A stretch of 64,000 bases of DNA from an uncultured Candidatus Saccharibacteria bacterium (GTDB lineage: Bacteria; Patescibacteriota; JAQUNI01). The translations under genes and the position numbers were made by a program. The DNA lies in contig CAZKRD010000002.1 in NCBI GenBank assembly GCA_964555185.1, positions 245,268 through 309,267 on the forward strand. Direction: 5' to 3'. Below the pieces are notes generated by a model. The model was not told the origin of the DNA. It searched no databases and saw nothing but the letters and a program-made list of their open reading frames with translations. Shown here one piece after another: positions 27,681 to 36,956 of the stretch. The first letter of the stretch is position 1. Each line of letters starts with the position of its first letter.

Positions 27681-27829
27681 TGAATTTTAGAGTTTAATAA
27701 CGAATAAATATTATAATACTTTTTAATAATTTAGTCAATGGTTTAAATATCCAATATAATAGAATATAATGCCGCAAATAAAAAAAACCCAAGCTTCATT
27801 TCTTTAGGTCTTATCATATCCTCACAATC

Positions 27830-28309
27830 CTATAATCTAACAAAATGATCAACAGCCGGCTTAATATTGGGAGCACAGTCTGGGGGTAAATTATCAGCTG
27901 GATGCCAAGCATGTTCCCGAACATATTTACCCGGCTTAATTTTCTTACTTAACTTTTTTGCTAAATAATGAATGAGGATAACATACTCTAAAACTCCCTT
28001 CTTCTCTCTTTTAAGAACTAGGACGAAAGGCTTACTTAGAATCTTAATATCAATCCCAAGCTCTGCTTTTGCTTCTAAAATCGCATTCTTTCGAATTGAA
28101 CAATTCTCTTTTTGCGCGCCGCCTGGAAACTTCCAAAAAGAATCTTCACCGTGCTTATCCAAAAGCACCTTACCATTCTCAATAATCACTGGACCAGAAG
28201 CAATAGTCAGCTTCACTGATTTTCCGTCTTTATCAGTGCTATTGTAATGCCTAAATTCAGTCATAAATTTTCTCTCACTATTTCTGTTCTCAAGAATAAC
28301 ACAAATCAA
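27830..28309 (-). CDS. NUDIX hydrolase
   Basis: Nudix-box-like 'GGAQKENCSIRKNAILEAKAELGIDI' (G-x5-E-x7-[RK]-x-xEAxGI). Confidence 0.5.
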   Translation of the reverse strand: MICVILENRNSERKFMTEFRHYNSTDKDGKSVKLTIASGPVIIENGKVLLDKHGEDSFWKFPGGAQKENCSIRKNAILEAKAELGIDIKILSKPFVLVLKREKKGVLEYVILIHYLAKKLSKKIKPGKYVREHAWHPADNLPPDCAPNIKPAVDHFVRL

Positions 28310-28334
28310 AAAAAATCAAAAGTGGAACTCCTTG

Positions 28335-29375
28335 TTATTCCTCGGTCAAAAATTCGGCCAGTTCTTCCCGTGCTGACCTACTTTTCAAAAATAAAAATCC
28401 TAGGCAAAACATCGCCTTGGCCGCTATCTTGCTGGTCTGATAAACCTCTAAAACCTTTTCCTCTAGTTTTTTGCTTTCAAGCAATTCGGAAAGCTCCTCG
28501 AGATCATACTTGGGATTCAAGATTTTGCGGGCAGCTTCTCTACCCGAAACAAAGCCTGGATGAATCCCTTCTCCGGTTAAGCCAGAAGCCAGGCCGGCCG
28601 CGTCACCTGTTAAAAAAATATTGCCAAATTCTAGGCCTTGAAAATCATAATTGATCGGAGCTGCCTGTAACTTGTATTCTCCCGGGTTAAGACCAATCTC
28701 TTTGCACCAAGTGTCAAAATGCCTCCTGAATTTTGCGGCATTGATAAATCTCAAATCAGCGCCAGCGCCGACAGAATTATATTTTTTATGCGGAAAGATC
28801 CAGGCATAATTCGGACCGAATTTTTTTAACTCAAAGAATACCTCCAATGCATCAAATTTTTCCCTGGGAATATGATATTGAACGGCGAGTATAATTTTTT
28901 TTACGGGAAGACCTAAAAATTTCCTAACAATAGAACTGCTTCCGTCCGCGCCAATTAAATATTTAAAAGACAATTTCTCTCCATCTTTAGTCACGACATA
29001 ATTCTTTTGAACCTCTATGACCTCTAAATTGAGCCTCACTTCTGCCCCTTTATTTCTTGCCTGCTCTAATTGCCATTTTCCCAAACTCTTGCGGCTGCAG
29101 GTCCAAATCCAAGGCTGATCTAGTTCAAGTTTGTACTTTTTGCCTCTGAAATAGAGATTGGCACAACTAAACTCTTCTTCAACAAGAGATTTTGGGATGT
29201 GCAGATCTTCAAAATCTTTAACCGTCAACCCGCCAGCGCAGACCTTATCACCGACTATTTTCTTTCTCTCCAAAACTAAAACTTTCTTCTTTGGGGCAAG
29301 CACAGTGGCAGCCGAAAGCCCAGCCGGTCCCGCGCCAACAATAATTACGTCATAGGTTTTGTTTTTTGTTTTCAT
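28335..29375 (-). CDS. FAD-dependent oxidoreductase, geranylgeranyl-reductase family
   Basis: 'YDVIIVGAGPAGLSAATVLA' dinucleotide-binding motif. 'LIGADGSSSIVRK' and 'GDAAGLASGLTGEGI' motifs typical of GGR-family flavoproteins. Confidence 0.7.
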   Translation of the reverse strand: MKTKNKTYDVIIVGAGPAGLSAATVLAPKKKVLVLERKKIVGDKVCAGGLTVKDFEDLHIPKSLVEEEFSCANLYFRGKKYKLELDQPWIWTCSRKSLGKWQLEQARNKGAEVRLNLEVIEVQKNYVVTKDGEKLSFKYLIGADGSSSIVRKFLGLPVKKIILAVQYHIPREKFDALEVFFELKKFGPNYAWIFPHKKYNSVGAGADLRFINAAKFRRHFDTWCKEIGLNPGEYKLQAAPINYDFQGLEFGNIFLTGDAAGLASGLTGEGIHPGFVSGREAARKILNPKYDLEELSELLESKKLEEKVLEVYQTSKIAAKAMFCLGFLFLKSRSAREELAEFLTEE

Positions 29376-29397
29376 TTATTTGAAAAAATAGACTACC

Positions 29398-30090
29398 CTA
29401 ACCTAAATAATATGTTCCTATAATTCTTCTAGTCTTTGGGTTGCACACCAAATTACAAACAACCAAATTAACTTCTCTTATTGAAAATTTTCCAATCGAA
29501 ATATTCTCTAGTTCTTTAATCTTGACAATCAATTCTCTTTTTGGTCGTCCTTTAAAACGACACAAGGTAATGTTGCCAAAAAATACTTCGTCAGAAAAAT
29601 ATTTCTTGTCATCAGATAAACCAATATCTTTCAATCCAGCATCTAAGGTTTGAACCAATCTTCCTAATGTTTCATTAGAATATCCGATCAAAGAAACGGT
29701 TTTAGGAAATAACATAAGATTCTGTAAATCAAAACTGAAAGAACTAAATTTAGGGGTTACTTCTCGGAACAATTTATCTGCCTTCATCACATCGTCTTTG
29801 CTAAACCGTGGCGGCTTGTGGATAATTCGAATATTCTTAATTGTTAAGTGCAATGATTCGAGGGGATAATAATAATGGTCAGGATCTATCTTCTTTAAGG
29901 GTTCAATTATATCTCGGGAAATCTTCTGGCCAATCTTGGAAGGAATAAACGTTAATGAAGAAAGACAAAGCCTATCGTCATTCTGATCCACATAATCACT
30001 CTGAATCTGGACTCCATTTTTTTGACTACTAATAATAGACTTAATTTTCTGAATAAGCTTTTTTTGCTTTTTACTATAATTGTTTTTCAT
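29398..30090 (-). CDS. Hypothetical protein
   Basis: One 'LHLTIK' H-x-T motif but no convincing second one, so not called a 2H phosphoesterase. Confidence 0.35.
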   Translation of the reverse strand: MKNNYSKKQKKLIQKIKSIISSQKNGVQIQSDYVDQNDDRLCLSSLTFIPSKIGQKISRDIIEPLKKIDPDHYYYPLESLHLTIKNIRIIHKPPRFSKDDVMKADKLFREVTPKFSSFSFDLQNLMLFPKTVSLIGYSNETLGRLVQTLDAGLKDIGLSDDKKYFSDEVFFGNITLCRFKGRPKRELIVKIKELENISIGKFSIREVNLVVCNLVCNPKTRRIIGTYYLG

Positions 30091-30107
30091 TCTTTTAATA
30101 AGTCTGC

Positions 30108-31016
30108 TTATCTTTCTCTTAAACGTTTTATTCGCTCGCCGGGTGAAGGATGGGTTAGGAAAAGACGATTAAACCAATTTGTCCCTTGCCGGCCGCGAAA
30201 GGGAGAGATGATAAAAAGATGGGCATTGTAATTGCGGGCAACTTTCATTGAAGCGGGATCTCTCGAAACTTTTTCTAAAGCGCTGGCTAACCCTTCAGGA
30301 TACCGCGTCAATAAAGCTCCAGTAGCATCAGCTAGAAACTCGCGCTTGCGCGAAATCGCCAGCCGAATCAAGGTCGCGGCAATCGGCGCTAAAATCGCGG
30401 TCGCAATTCCGATCAACATAAAAATCGCTCCCACCTGTCCTCCGCGCGAATCGCGCGATCTTCTGCTGCGGCCTCCGCCAAAAAAACTAAAACGTAAAAA
30501 AATATTAGAGGCGATCGCGATCACACCAGCTAGAACTACAGCGACAGTCTGTAAAAGCGTATCCCGGTTTTTGATATGAGCAATCTCATGGGCAATCACG
30601 CCTTGAAGCTCTAAACGGCGCAATTTCGCTAAAAGCCCGGTGGTTACCGCGATCACCGCGCGTTTTTCATTGCGGCCCGTGGCAAAAGCATTGGGCTGGG
30701 ACTCGTTTAAAATATAGATACGAGGCATTGGCATTCCAGCGGTAATGCATAAATTCTCAACAGTTCGATACAGTTCCCGCGCGTCCTTTTCGGCAATCGG
30801 CTTAGCCCGAGTTAAAGCCAAGATTATTTTATCCGAATACCAATAACTTAAAAAACTGGTAATCACACTGAATAGAACCGCGAAAATCAAAATAAATTGA
30901 TTTTCCAGAATATAGCCAAAAAGCCAGCCAAAACCAATAATTAGGACTAAAAAAACCGTCATTAAAAACCAAGTCCTGCGAATATTAGAATCTTTGTGGG
31001 TATAAAGCGTGGCCAT
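30108..31016 (-). CDS. htpX: Zinc metalloprotease HtpX (M48)
   Basis: Two N-terminal TMs. 'VIAHEIAHIKNRD' HEXXH zinc-binding motif. Confidence 0.85.
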   Translation of the reverse strand: MATLYTHKDSNIRRTWFLMTVFLVLIIGFGWLFGYILENQFILIFAVLFSVITSFLSYWYSDKIILALTRAKPIAEKDARELYRTVENLCITAGMPMPRIYILNESQPNAFATGRNEKRAVIAVTTGLLAKLRRLELQGVIAHEIAHIKNRDTLLQTVAVVLAGVIAIASNIFLRFSFFGGGRSRRSRDSRGGQVGAIFMLIGIATAILAPIAATLIRLAISRKREFLADATGALLTRYPEGLASALEKVSRDPASMKVARNYNAHLFIISPFRGRQGTNWFNRLFLTHPSPGERIKRLRER

Positions 31017-31250
31017 ATATTATAATTCTAACAAAAAACCGCCTGCCTCGCTAGTCCTTGCCTGTTGTGGATTTGTGCAAAATTTAAAAAAGGGCGGCCA
31101 CTTGGGGCCGCCCCTACAAACATTTTTTCTAAAACAAGTAAGTATTTACAAAAATCAAAATTTAAGCTATGTTGGCTGGAGCTGCACTTTGCGGCTCAAC
31201 TGTTGGTTCTTAAAACTCAACCCAAATATCCAAACAAGGAGGAAATAGCA

Positions 31251-32669
31251 ATGGATATGAAAGTAACTCTAGGGGTAATAATGGGCAACCGGGGATTCTT
31301 TCCTAACCATCTGGTTGAGGAAGGCCGGAAAGAGGTTTTGAAAGTGCTGGCGGATGAAGGTATAGATGTGGTGGCTCTTACGCCGGAAGATACGAACTTG
31401 GGCAGCGTGGAAACACTTGAGGAAGCGGTGAAGTGCGCGGAGCTATTCAAGAAAAACCGAGAGAAGATTCAGGGCGTCCTGGTTAGTCTCCCCAATTTCG
31501 GCGATGAACGCGGCGTTGCCAACACCTTGAAGATGGCGAATCTGGATGTTCCGGTGCTCGTGCAGGCATTCCCGGATGCTGTAGACGCGATGGATCTTGC
31601 TAACCGTAGGGACAGCTTCTGCGGCAAGATGTCAATTTGCAATAACTTAAGACAATACGGCATCGACTATTCTCTCACCGCACTGCATACGGTATCCCCT
31701 GATTCTAATGCGTTCAAGGAAGATCTCCGGTGGTTTACCGGTGTATGTCGAGTTGTCGGGGGGCTACGAACTGCCCGAATAGGCGCGATTGGTGCGCGAC
31801 CTTCAGCTTTTAACACAGTCAGATATAGCGAAAAACTCCTGCAAGCATCTGGCATCACTGTCGAAACTATTGACCTGTCGGACATATTCGGCCTCGCGTG
31901 GAAGCTGGATGACGATGATTCTGCGGTCAAGAGCAAACTTGATAGTGTCAAATCCTATATCAATGCAGAAGGCGTGCCGACGAAATCCTTCGTCAAAATG
32001 GCGAAGCTGGCTGTGGTGATCGAGAATTGGATGGAGGAGAATCGTCTGGACGCCAGCGCGGTTCAGTGCTGGACTTCCGTGGAAGAGAACTACGGTATCG
32101 TGCCATGCACGATCATGAGCATGATGACTGAAGGGCTGATGCCTTCAGCATGTGAGGTGGATGTCTGCGGCGCAGTCGCAATGTACGCCCTTCAACTGGC
32201 ATCCGGCGTTCCGTCAGCGCTTGCTGACTGGAACAATAACTACGGCGATGATCCGGACAAGTGTGTCGCCTTCCACTGCTCAAACTGGCCCAGGAGCTTA
32301 TTTCGAAAAGTTCCAGATATGGTTTATCAGGACATAATTGCCGGTACTGTAGGGGCAAAAAACGCGTACGGAACGTGTGTAGGACGAGCTGCAGCAGGAC
32401 CGATGACTTTCGCGTGTGTGTCCACGGATGATACGGTAGGAAAGATACGGACATACATAGGCGATGGTTTATTCATAAATGATCCGCTGGATACCTTTGG
32501 CGGACACGGTGTGCTGAAAATCGAAAACATGCAGGAGTTGCTTCGCTTCATTTGCAAGAACGGGTTCGAGCATCACGTTGCTATCAATCCATCTTTTCAG
32601 GCGGATGTACTCTACGAAGCCTTCGACAACTATTTGGATTGGGATGTCTACTACCACGGGCAAGAATAA
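31251..32669 (+). CDS. L-fucose/L-arabinose isomerase-family protein (COG2407-like), in a high-GC island
   Basis: RBS AGGAGG 8 nt before the ATG at 31251. N-terminal 'KVTLGVIMGNRGFFP' and C-terminal 'HHVAINPSFQADVLYEAFDNYLDWDVYY' resemble FucI/AraA-type sugar isomerases. G+C is visibly higher than in neighbouring genes. Confidence 0.55.
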   Translation: MDMKVTLGVIMGNRGFFPNHLVEEGRKEVLKVLADEGIDVVALTPEDTNLGSVETLEEAVKCAELFKKNREKIQGVLVSLPNFGDERGVANTLKMANLDVPVLVQAFPDAVDAMDLANRRDSFCGKMSICNNLRQYGIDYSLTALHTVSPDSNAFKEDLRWFTGVCRVVGGLRTARIGAIGARPSAFNTVRYSEKLLQASGITVETIDLSDIFGLAWKLDDDDSAVKSKLDSVKSYINAEGVPTKSFVKMAKLAVVIENWMEENRLDASAVQCWTSVEENYGIVPCTIMSMMTEGLMPSACEVDVCGAVAMYALQLASGVPSALADWNNNYGDDPDKCVAFHCSNWPRSLFRKVPDMVYQDIIAGTVGAKNAYGTCVGRAAAGPMTFACVSTDDTVGKIRTYIGDGLFINDPLDTFGGHGVLKIENMQELLRFICKNGFEHHVAINPSFQADVLYEAFDNYLDWDVYYHGQE

Positions 32670-32683
32670 TTATCACTTGCCAA

Positions 32684-32713
32684 CCCCGCAAATCAAAACG
32701 CGGGTTTTTTTTA
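32684..32713 (+). terminator. Rho-independent terminator (CCCGC..GCGGG + T9)
   Basis: Directly after the isomerase stop codon. Confidence 0.55.
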
Positions 32714-32850
32714 TAATTTATTGTCATTACCCGTAGGGGCAACCCTTGTGGTTGCCCGTTATTGGTAAACCAAAAACAGGGCGACCACCCACCTACGCCA
32801 AGGCTCTGGCGGGCGGGCACGGGGTCGCCCCTACGAATTGTTCCATCCAA
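32713..32850. repeat. GC-rich palindromic element with CCGTAGGGGC(A/G)ACC inverted termini and a CGCCAAGGCTCTGGCG core
   Basis: Left 'CATTACCCGTAGGGGCAACC', right 'GGGGTCGCCCCTACGAATTG'. Related to the hairpin inside the A2 element at 22800-22830. Confidence 0.55.
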
Positions 32851-32947
32851 AAACAAAAATTTCAAATTTGTTTATAATTCGCAGTGAGGAGAAAGTGAAA
32901 TTCCTTTTCACTTTATCCGAACAAGAATTTCAAGCTTGCTTATTTCC

Positions 32948-33508
32948 CTAAAACACAAAAGAAAACAAGAGAGCTAAGATTGCTAAAACAAAAGAAATAA
33001 TTGCCCACAAAAGATCCTTATTCTTTCTTATCACTTTGGCATAAACTAAAGCTGTAATTCCAAGCAAAACCGCAGGAATCACTGCTCTTCTTGTTGTATT
33101 GTAAAACAAAAGTTTAGCCGGAGAATTTGGAGTATAACCAAATACTTTAAAAAGAAGCAAAACCCAAGCACTAAAAACAGACACAAGCAGACTCAGAAAA
33201 GTAAAATAACTCAATCTCTTCTTATCGCTTTTTTCTATCTTTTTAGGAGCCTCTTTTCTAACCAGTGGCGGGGCCAGTGGTTTTTTCGTCTCTTTCTTAT
33301 AAACCTTCTTTTCTGGAATTCCTTGTTCCGGCTTTTTCTTCCTGCGCGCCTTGCGATAAATCCATCGGATTAAAAAAAACATACCCAAGATAAACAACAA
33401 AAACAGAGGAAAAAGCACGCCGCGCGTATCTCGGATGAAAAGTTGAAAACTCAAAACCAAAAACAAAACCATTGAAAAAGCTAACCAAATCACTTTTTTC
33501 TTTCTCAT
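32948..33508 (-). CDS. Hypothetical membrane protein with a Lys-rich linker
   Basis: Hydrophobic N- and C-terminal segments. 'RKARRKKKPEQG...KKETKKP' basic stretch. Confidence 0.35.
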   Translation of the reverse strand: MRKKKVIWLAFSMVLFLVLSFQLFIRDTRGVLFPLFLLFILGMFFLIRWIYRKARRKKKPEQGIPEKKVYKKETKKPLAPPLVRKEAPKKIEKSDKKRLSYFTFLSLLVSVFSAWVLLLFKVFGYTPNSPAKLLFYNTTRRAVIPAVLLGITALVYAKVIRKNKDLLWAIISFVLAILALLFSFVF

Positions 33509-33522
33509 ATCTTGATTTTTAT

Positions 33523-33981
33523 TTAATTATCTGAACTTTTTCTAAATGATTTATAGATAAAAATTCCAGATAAAATCGCAATTAGGGCATAATAGGTTAA
33601 AATCAAATACCATCGCGGCGTGCCATACCAAGAAGTTTCGGGAAACCATCTTTTAAAAAGAAGGATTACCCAAGATAAAGCGCCCCAGCTATGGCAAAGC
33701 AGAAGAAACAAAACGAAGATTAAATTTAAAGACCTCTTTAAGACAAGAACCAAAAGCAGACAGAACAAAAGATAACCAAAAATAGCCACAATAAAAATTG
33801 CAGGATGAATCTTTAAAAAATACTCAGCAATCGGATTGAGTTCGTTGACTTGGGTATAATCACGCCAATAATTCTGATTTTGGCCAACCAAAGTTAAGCC
33901 AAAATCTAAAACAATCACAATCCCAGCCAAAATCATTAAGTATTTAGATTTAAAACCAAATCTTTCCTGATCTTGAGACAT
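33523..33981 (-). CDS. Hypothetical polytopic membrane protein
   Basis: Four predicted TM helices. No motif recognised. Confidence 0.35.
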   Translation of the reverse strand: MSQDQERFGFKSKYLMILAGIVIVLDFGLTLVGQNQNYWRDYTQVNELNPIAEYFLKIHPAIFIVAIFGYLLFCLLLVLVLKRSLNLIFVLFLLLCHSWGALSWVILLFKRWFPETSWYGTPRWYLILTYYALIAILSGIFIYKSFRKSSDN

Positions 33982-34043
33982 AAAATCCTGTTTTTTACTT
34001 TTAGTTTTTATTTTAGCCCGAATTACAGAACCATCTAGGCTGT

Positions 34044-34149
34044 CTATTAGCGAGCGACGGGAAGGAGCGAAGCAATCTCGTGAGAATCCACATAATTACT
34101 CTGTAACGAGATTGCTTCGTTCGGGCAGCAGCCCTCCCTCGCAATGACA
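34044..34149. repeat. MITE-like palindromic element (family A copy 3, left terminus degenerate)
   Basis: '...AGCGAGCGACGGGAAGGAGCGAAGCAATCTCGT ... ACGAGATTGCTTCG ... CCCTCCCTCGCAATGACA'. Perfect internal 14-bp hairpin. Confidence 0.6.
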
Positions 34150-34307
34150 AATGGTTTTTCGTAATTTAGGGTATTTTAGATTTGTTTTAATTGTAACAAA
34201 AATCTTTACAAAAGACAAAAAATGTGAAATAATATGGTGTTAGTAATTTCTGTTCTTTTTTTGAATCTACCGTTATCCCCAAAAATCCCAATAAGGAGGA
34301 ATATCTG

Positions 34308-35105
34308 ATGAAAAAGTATGTTTTTATTGTGGTGGTGGCTACTCTGTGCGCCTTGTTAGTCCTTGGACTTATACAAAAAGAAAAGGAAACCCCTTGGGAA
34401 GTTAGCGTAATTACTACTCTTGGCTTTTGGTTCGCTGTGATTGCTTTCCTTTCCTTTATGGAAAATGAAAATTTCGCCGAAATCTACATTAAGAAAGCAT
34501 GGATAAACCGCGTCCTCTTCTCTGTTGCATTTTTGGCCTGGGTGGTAATACTCAGTTTTGGATCGCTCTCGTTCCTCGGAATTTACGGAAAGGCAGTATT
34601 CCTCATTGATGTGATTTGCTTAGGTTATATAGTTCTGTACATATTAATCTTTTGGAATCCACAAAGAGTCCCCGAGAATACAATCGCAGTCAAAGGAACG
34701 AAAATCCATTACACCGGCGAAAGGCTTTGGATGTTCAGCTTCCTTCTAGAAAGAACCACGTTTATCCTAAAAGACGAGGGCCTCCCTCTACCAAAAATTC
34801 AACACACCATTCAGACAGGAGAAGGAGCCTTTGATCTCTGGATCACAAGTTCTGTAATAATCAAAGAAGGAAGAGGCGGAGGAGTAGGTGTGATTAAATC
34901 AAGAGAGATAAATCTCAGGCATATTAAAAAAATCGTAGTAGAAAAAATCAAACGTCGAATCAGGGGGCTTGATCTCTCTGACAAAACTATTGGAGAAGCA
35001 ATAGACCTGCTACGTGGCATAGGGATCTCGACCTTTCAAACAACAAGTTTGCCACTGTTGTGGGTAGGTCAAGATGCAAAGATAACAATCGAGCCCCAGC
35101 CCTAA
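34308..35105 (+). CDS. Hypothetical membrane protein (N-terminal 4 TM + soluble C-domain)
   Basis: RBS AAGGAGGA upstream. No family recognised. Confidence 0.4.
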   Translation: MKKYVFIVVVATLCALLVLGLIQKEKETPWEVSVITTLGFWFAVIAFLSFMENENFAEIYIKKAWINRVLFSVAFLAWVVILSFGSLSFLGIYGKAVFLIDVICLGYIVLYILIFWNPQRVPENTIAVKGTKIHYTGERLWMFSFLLERTTFILKDEGLPLPKIQHTIQTGEGAFDLWITSSVIIKEGRGGGVGVIKSREINLRHIKKIVVEKIKRRIRGLDLSDKTIGEAIDLLRGIGISTFQTTSLPLLWVGQDAKITIEPQP

Positions 35106-35239
35106 ATCCGCACCTAGAAATTTCAACCTGCGGATTTTTTTAATTCTTGTTTTATTTGTCAAAAAAATAGGGGAAGATTTTAGTCTTCCCCAGACAAGAA
35201 CCGTGCGGCCCTGTACCGCCAAAAGAACGATGATAAGAT

Positions 35240-35920
35240 CTAAGATACACGACAAACCTCCAGTTCTTCCAGGGTTTCAAAAAAATCAACAAACCCCTGA
35301 ACATTACGCGAATAATGTAGAGCAAAATCCTTTCGAATCTCCGAATTTTCAATAAAGGTCGCAAGAGAATTGATCGCCACCCTTCCCTTGTTCCCTTTAA
35401 CTAAAAAACTAGTAAAAATATTCTGATAACAACTCAACAGATTATCTCTTGGGTCCTGCATAAGCCAAACAGCCAAAGATGCTTTATTAAAATCGCCTTG
35501 ATCGAAAACCTCTTTAGCTGTAACACCACTGCAAACGACATCATCAATAACCACGACACTCTCAGATTGAGGACAATAAAACTTCTCCACCTCTGCTCGA
35601 GGATTTCTCAAACCAATCCGTTTTGCTCTAACATCTATTCCTCTTATTAAGCCCAAACTCGCTTTTACAGTCTGCGCCCCTCTCCCCGGGAAAATCAAAA
35701 CATCAAAATCGTCAGGCTTAAAAACACTCAAAAGTTTTTCATTCAGAAAACTCAAGTCCAGAATTTGGGCTGAATAACCAAATATCTCTAATAAATCTGA
35801 CACAAAGCCTAACCTACCAAGACCAATATCATCAATGAATATGTTTGCGTCATAGACAAACCAATACTCTCCAACGACAAGCTTGGGCAGTTTATTTGCC
35901 ACTCTCTCTTTCCAAGACAA
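35240..35920 (-). CDS. Type I phosphoribosyltransferase-family protein
   Basis: PRPP-binding motif 'VVVIDDVVCSGVTAKEV'. Confidence 0.55.
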   Translation of the reverse strand: MSWKERVANKLPKLVVGEYWFVYDANIFIDDIGLGRLGFVSDLLEIFGYSAQILDLSFLNEKLLSVFKPDDFDVLIFPGRGAQTVKASLGLIRGIDVRAKRIGLRNPRAEVEKFYCPQSESVVVIDDVVCSGVTAKEVFDQGDFNKASLAVWLMQDPRDNLLSCYQNIFTSFLVKGNKGRVAINSLATFIENSEIRKDFALHYSRNVQGFVDFFETLEELEVCRVS

Positions 35921-35936
35921 AGCAATCCCTCCTATC

Positions 35937-36446
35937 TTATCTCTTTGCGACCTTTAGTGCTGACTTGACTGCTTCTTTAGCTGAATTCACGATAAAATAC
36001 GGATATGTTTTCCTCTTGTTAAACTCAAGTTTCTCCAAGATATCTTCCTGGAATCCTTTAATAAAAATCAATGGCTTTCGGTTCCGATAAGCAATGGCTA
36101 ACTCCGCTAAAGTACCCGCGTCTCCTGGAATTACGATAATAGCATCGCAACTTAAAACCCCGGCAAAAAGATAATCACCAATATCAATAGGCGTACAGAT
36201 CTCTACAGTCGTCCAAGGGATAGCCGTTCCTCTTTCCCTGCCTGGTGTACCCACAACAATACCCCCGTTCTGATAAGCGGCCTTGCTCGCTGCCGCCACT
36301 ACGCCACTGCAGCCACCGGTAATTAAGATTGCCTTCTCCTTTGCGACTCCTCTGCCAATTTCCCCTGCTAATTTTAAAATCTTTCTTTGCTCTCCCTTGT
36401 TTTTCGGCAAGTTCTTTCGCTCTGGCCCAATAATGCCAATTTGCAT
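35937..36446 (-). CDS. LOG-family (TIGR00725-type Rossmann) protein
   Basis: 'ILITGGCSGVVAAASKAAYQNGG' and 'AIIVIPGDAGTLAELAIAY' match LOG/TIGR00725 motifs. The start is trimmed to the ATG of 'MQIGIIG' (weak AAGGT RBS) because the longer track ORF runs into the upstream terminator T-run. An alternative start is 36461. Confidence 0.5.
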   Translation of the reverse strand: MQIGIIGPERKNLPKNKGEQRKILKLAGEIGRGVAKEKAILITGGCSGVVAAASKAAYQNGGIVVGTPGRERGTAIPWTTVEICTPIDIGDYLFAGVLSCDAIIVIPGDAGTLAELAIAYRNRKPLIFIKGFQEDILEKLEFNKRKTYPYFIVNSAKEAVKSALKVAKR

Positions 36447-36469
36447 TTTACCTTTTTTCATAATTTTAT

Positions 36470-36516
36470 TGATTAAAAACAAAAACCCCTTCCCATATAT
36501 TCTCTCTGGGAAGAGG
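36470..36516 (-). terminator. Rho-independent terminator for the TrpR-like gene (CCTCTTCCCA..TGGGAAGGGG + TTTTTGTTTTT, read on the minus strand)
   Basis: Seen in the sequence. Confidence 0.55.
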
Positions 36517-36544
36517 TCAGGTTGATCTTTAATTTTCTATAATA

Positions 36545-36868
36545 TCAAAGCAACCTTTTCCCAAAAAGAGAAGGGTTGCGATGATGGATTTTTAATCTTT
36601 TTAACATTAATTGATAACCGCCCATTCCAGACTTAAGCCACTTAGCCACTCGCGCTACAGTGCGCGAACTCAATCCTGTTTCTTTTTCAATTTGGGAATA
36701 GGGAATTTTCACTTTGAGCATTTGCGCTGCCTGCCAGCGCTTGCCAAACTCAATAATCTCGGCTTCGGTTAAAAGATCACGAAAAAACTTCTTCGCTTCG
36801 CTCACATTCTTTAAAGCCAAGATTGCTTTGAATAAGTCTTCAGTTTTTTGATTGTCCCATTTGGGCAT
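36545..36868 (-). CDS. TrpR-like YerC/YecD-family DNA-binding protein
   Basis: 'LSSRTVARVAKWLKSGMGGYQL' HTH typical of the YerC/YecD family. Confidence 0.55.
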   Translation of the reverse strand: MPKWDNQKTEDLFKAILALKNVSEAKKFFRDLLTEAEIIEFGKRWQAAQMLKVKIPYSQIEKETGLSSRTVARVAKWLKSGMGGYQLMLKRLKIHHRNPSLFGKRLL

Positions 36869-36903
36869 GTATTTGATATCACTTTACTTAAATAAAGTAT
36901 ATC

Positions 36904-36929
36904 AAAACAAAAAAACCCTGTCAAGGGTT
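36904..36929 (-). terminator. Rho-independent terminator (AACCCT-GTCA-AGGGTT flanked by A/T runs; bidirectional geometry)
   Basis: Downstream of the YkgJ-like gene on the minus strand. Confidence 0.5.
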
Positions 36930-36956
36930 TAAAAAATGACTTGAATATTCAAACCA

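Noticed and set aside
29398-30090. Possible 2H (LigT-like) phosphoesterase assignment for the 230-aa hypothetical protein
   Set aside because: Only one H-x-T motif (LHLTIK) is present. The expected second H-x-T/S is replaced by N-I-T, so the call is left as hypothetical.
31217-32865. Numerous antisense and overlapping ORFs (e.g. 31217-31450, 31667-31951, 32113-32454, 32584-32865) within and around the isomerase gene
   Set aside because: These are an artefact of high G+C (few stop codons) and lie inside a well-supported + strand CDS.
35106-35239. ORFs 35010-35255 and 35152-35364 in the gap between the membrane-protein gene and the PRTase
   Set aside because: They overlap the ends of the flanking genes and have no RBS. 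They are likely spurious.
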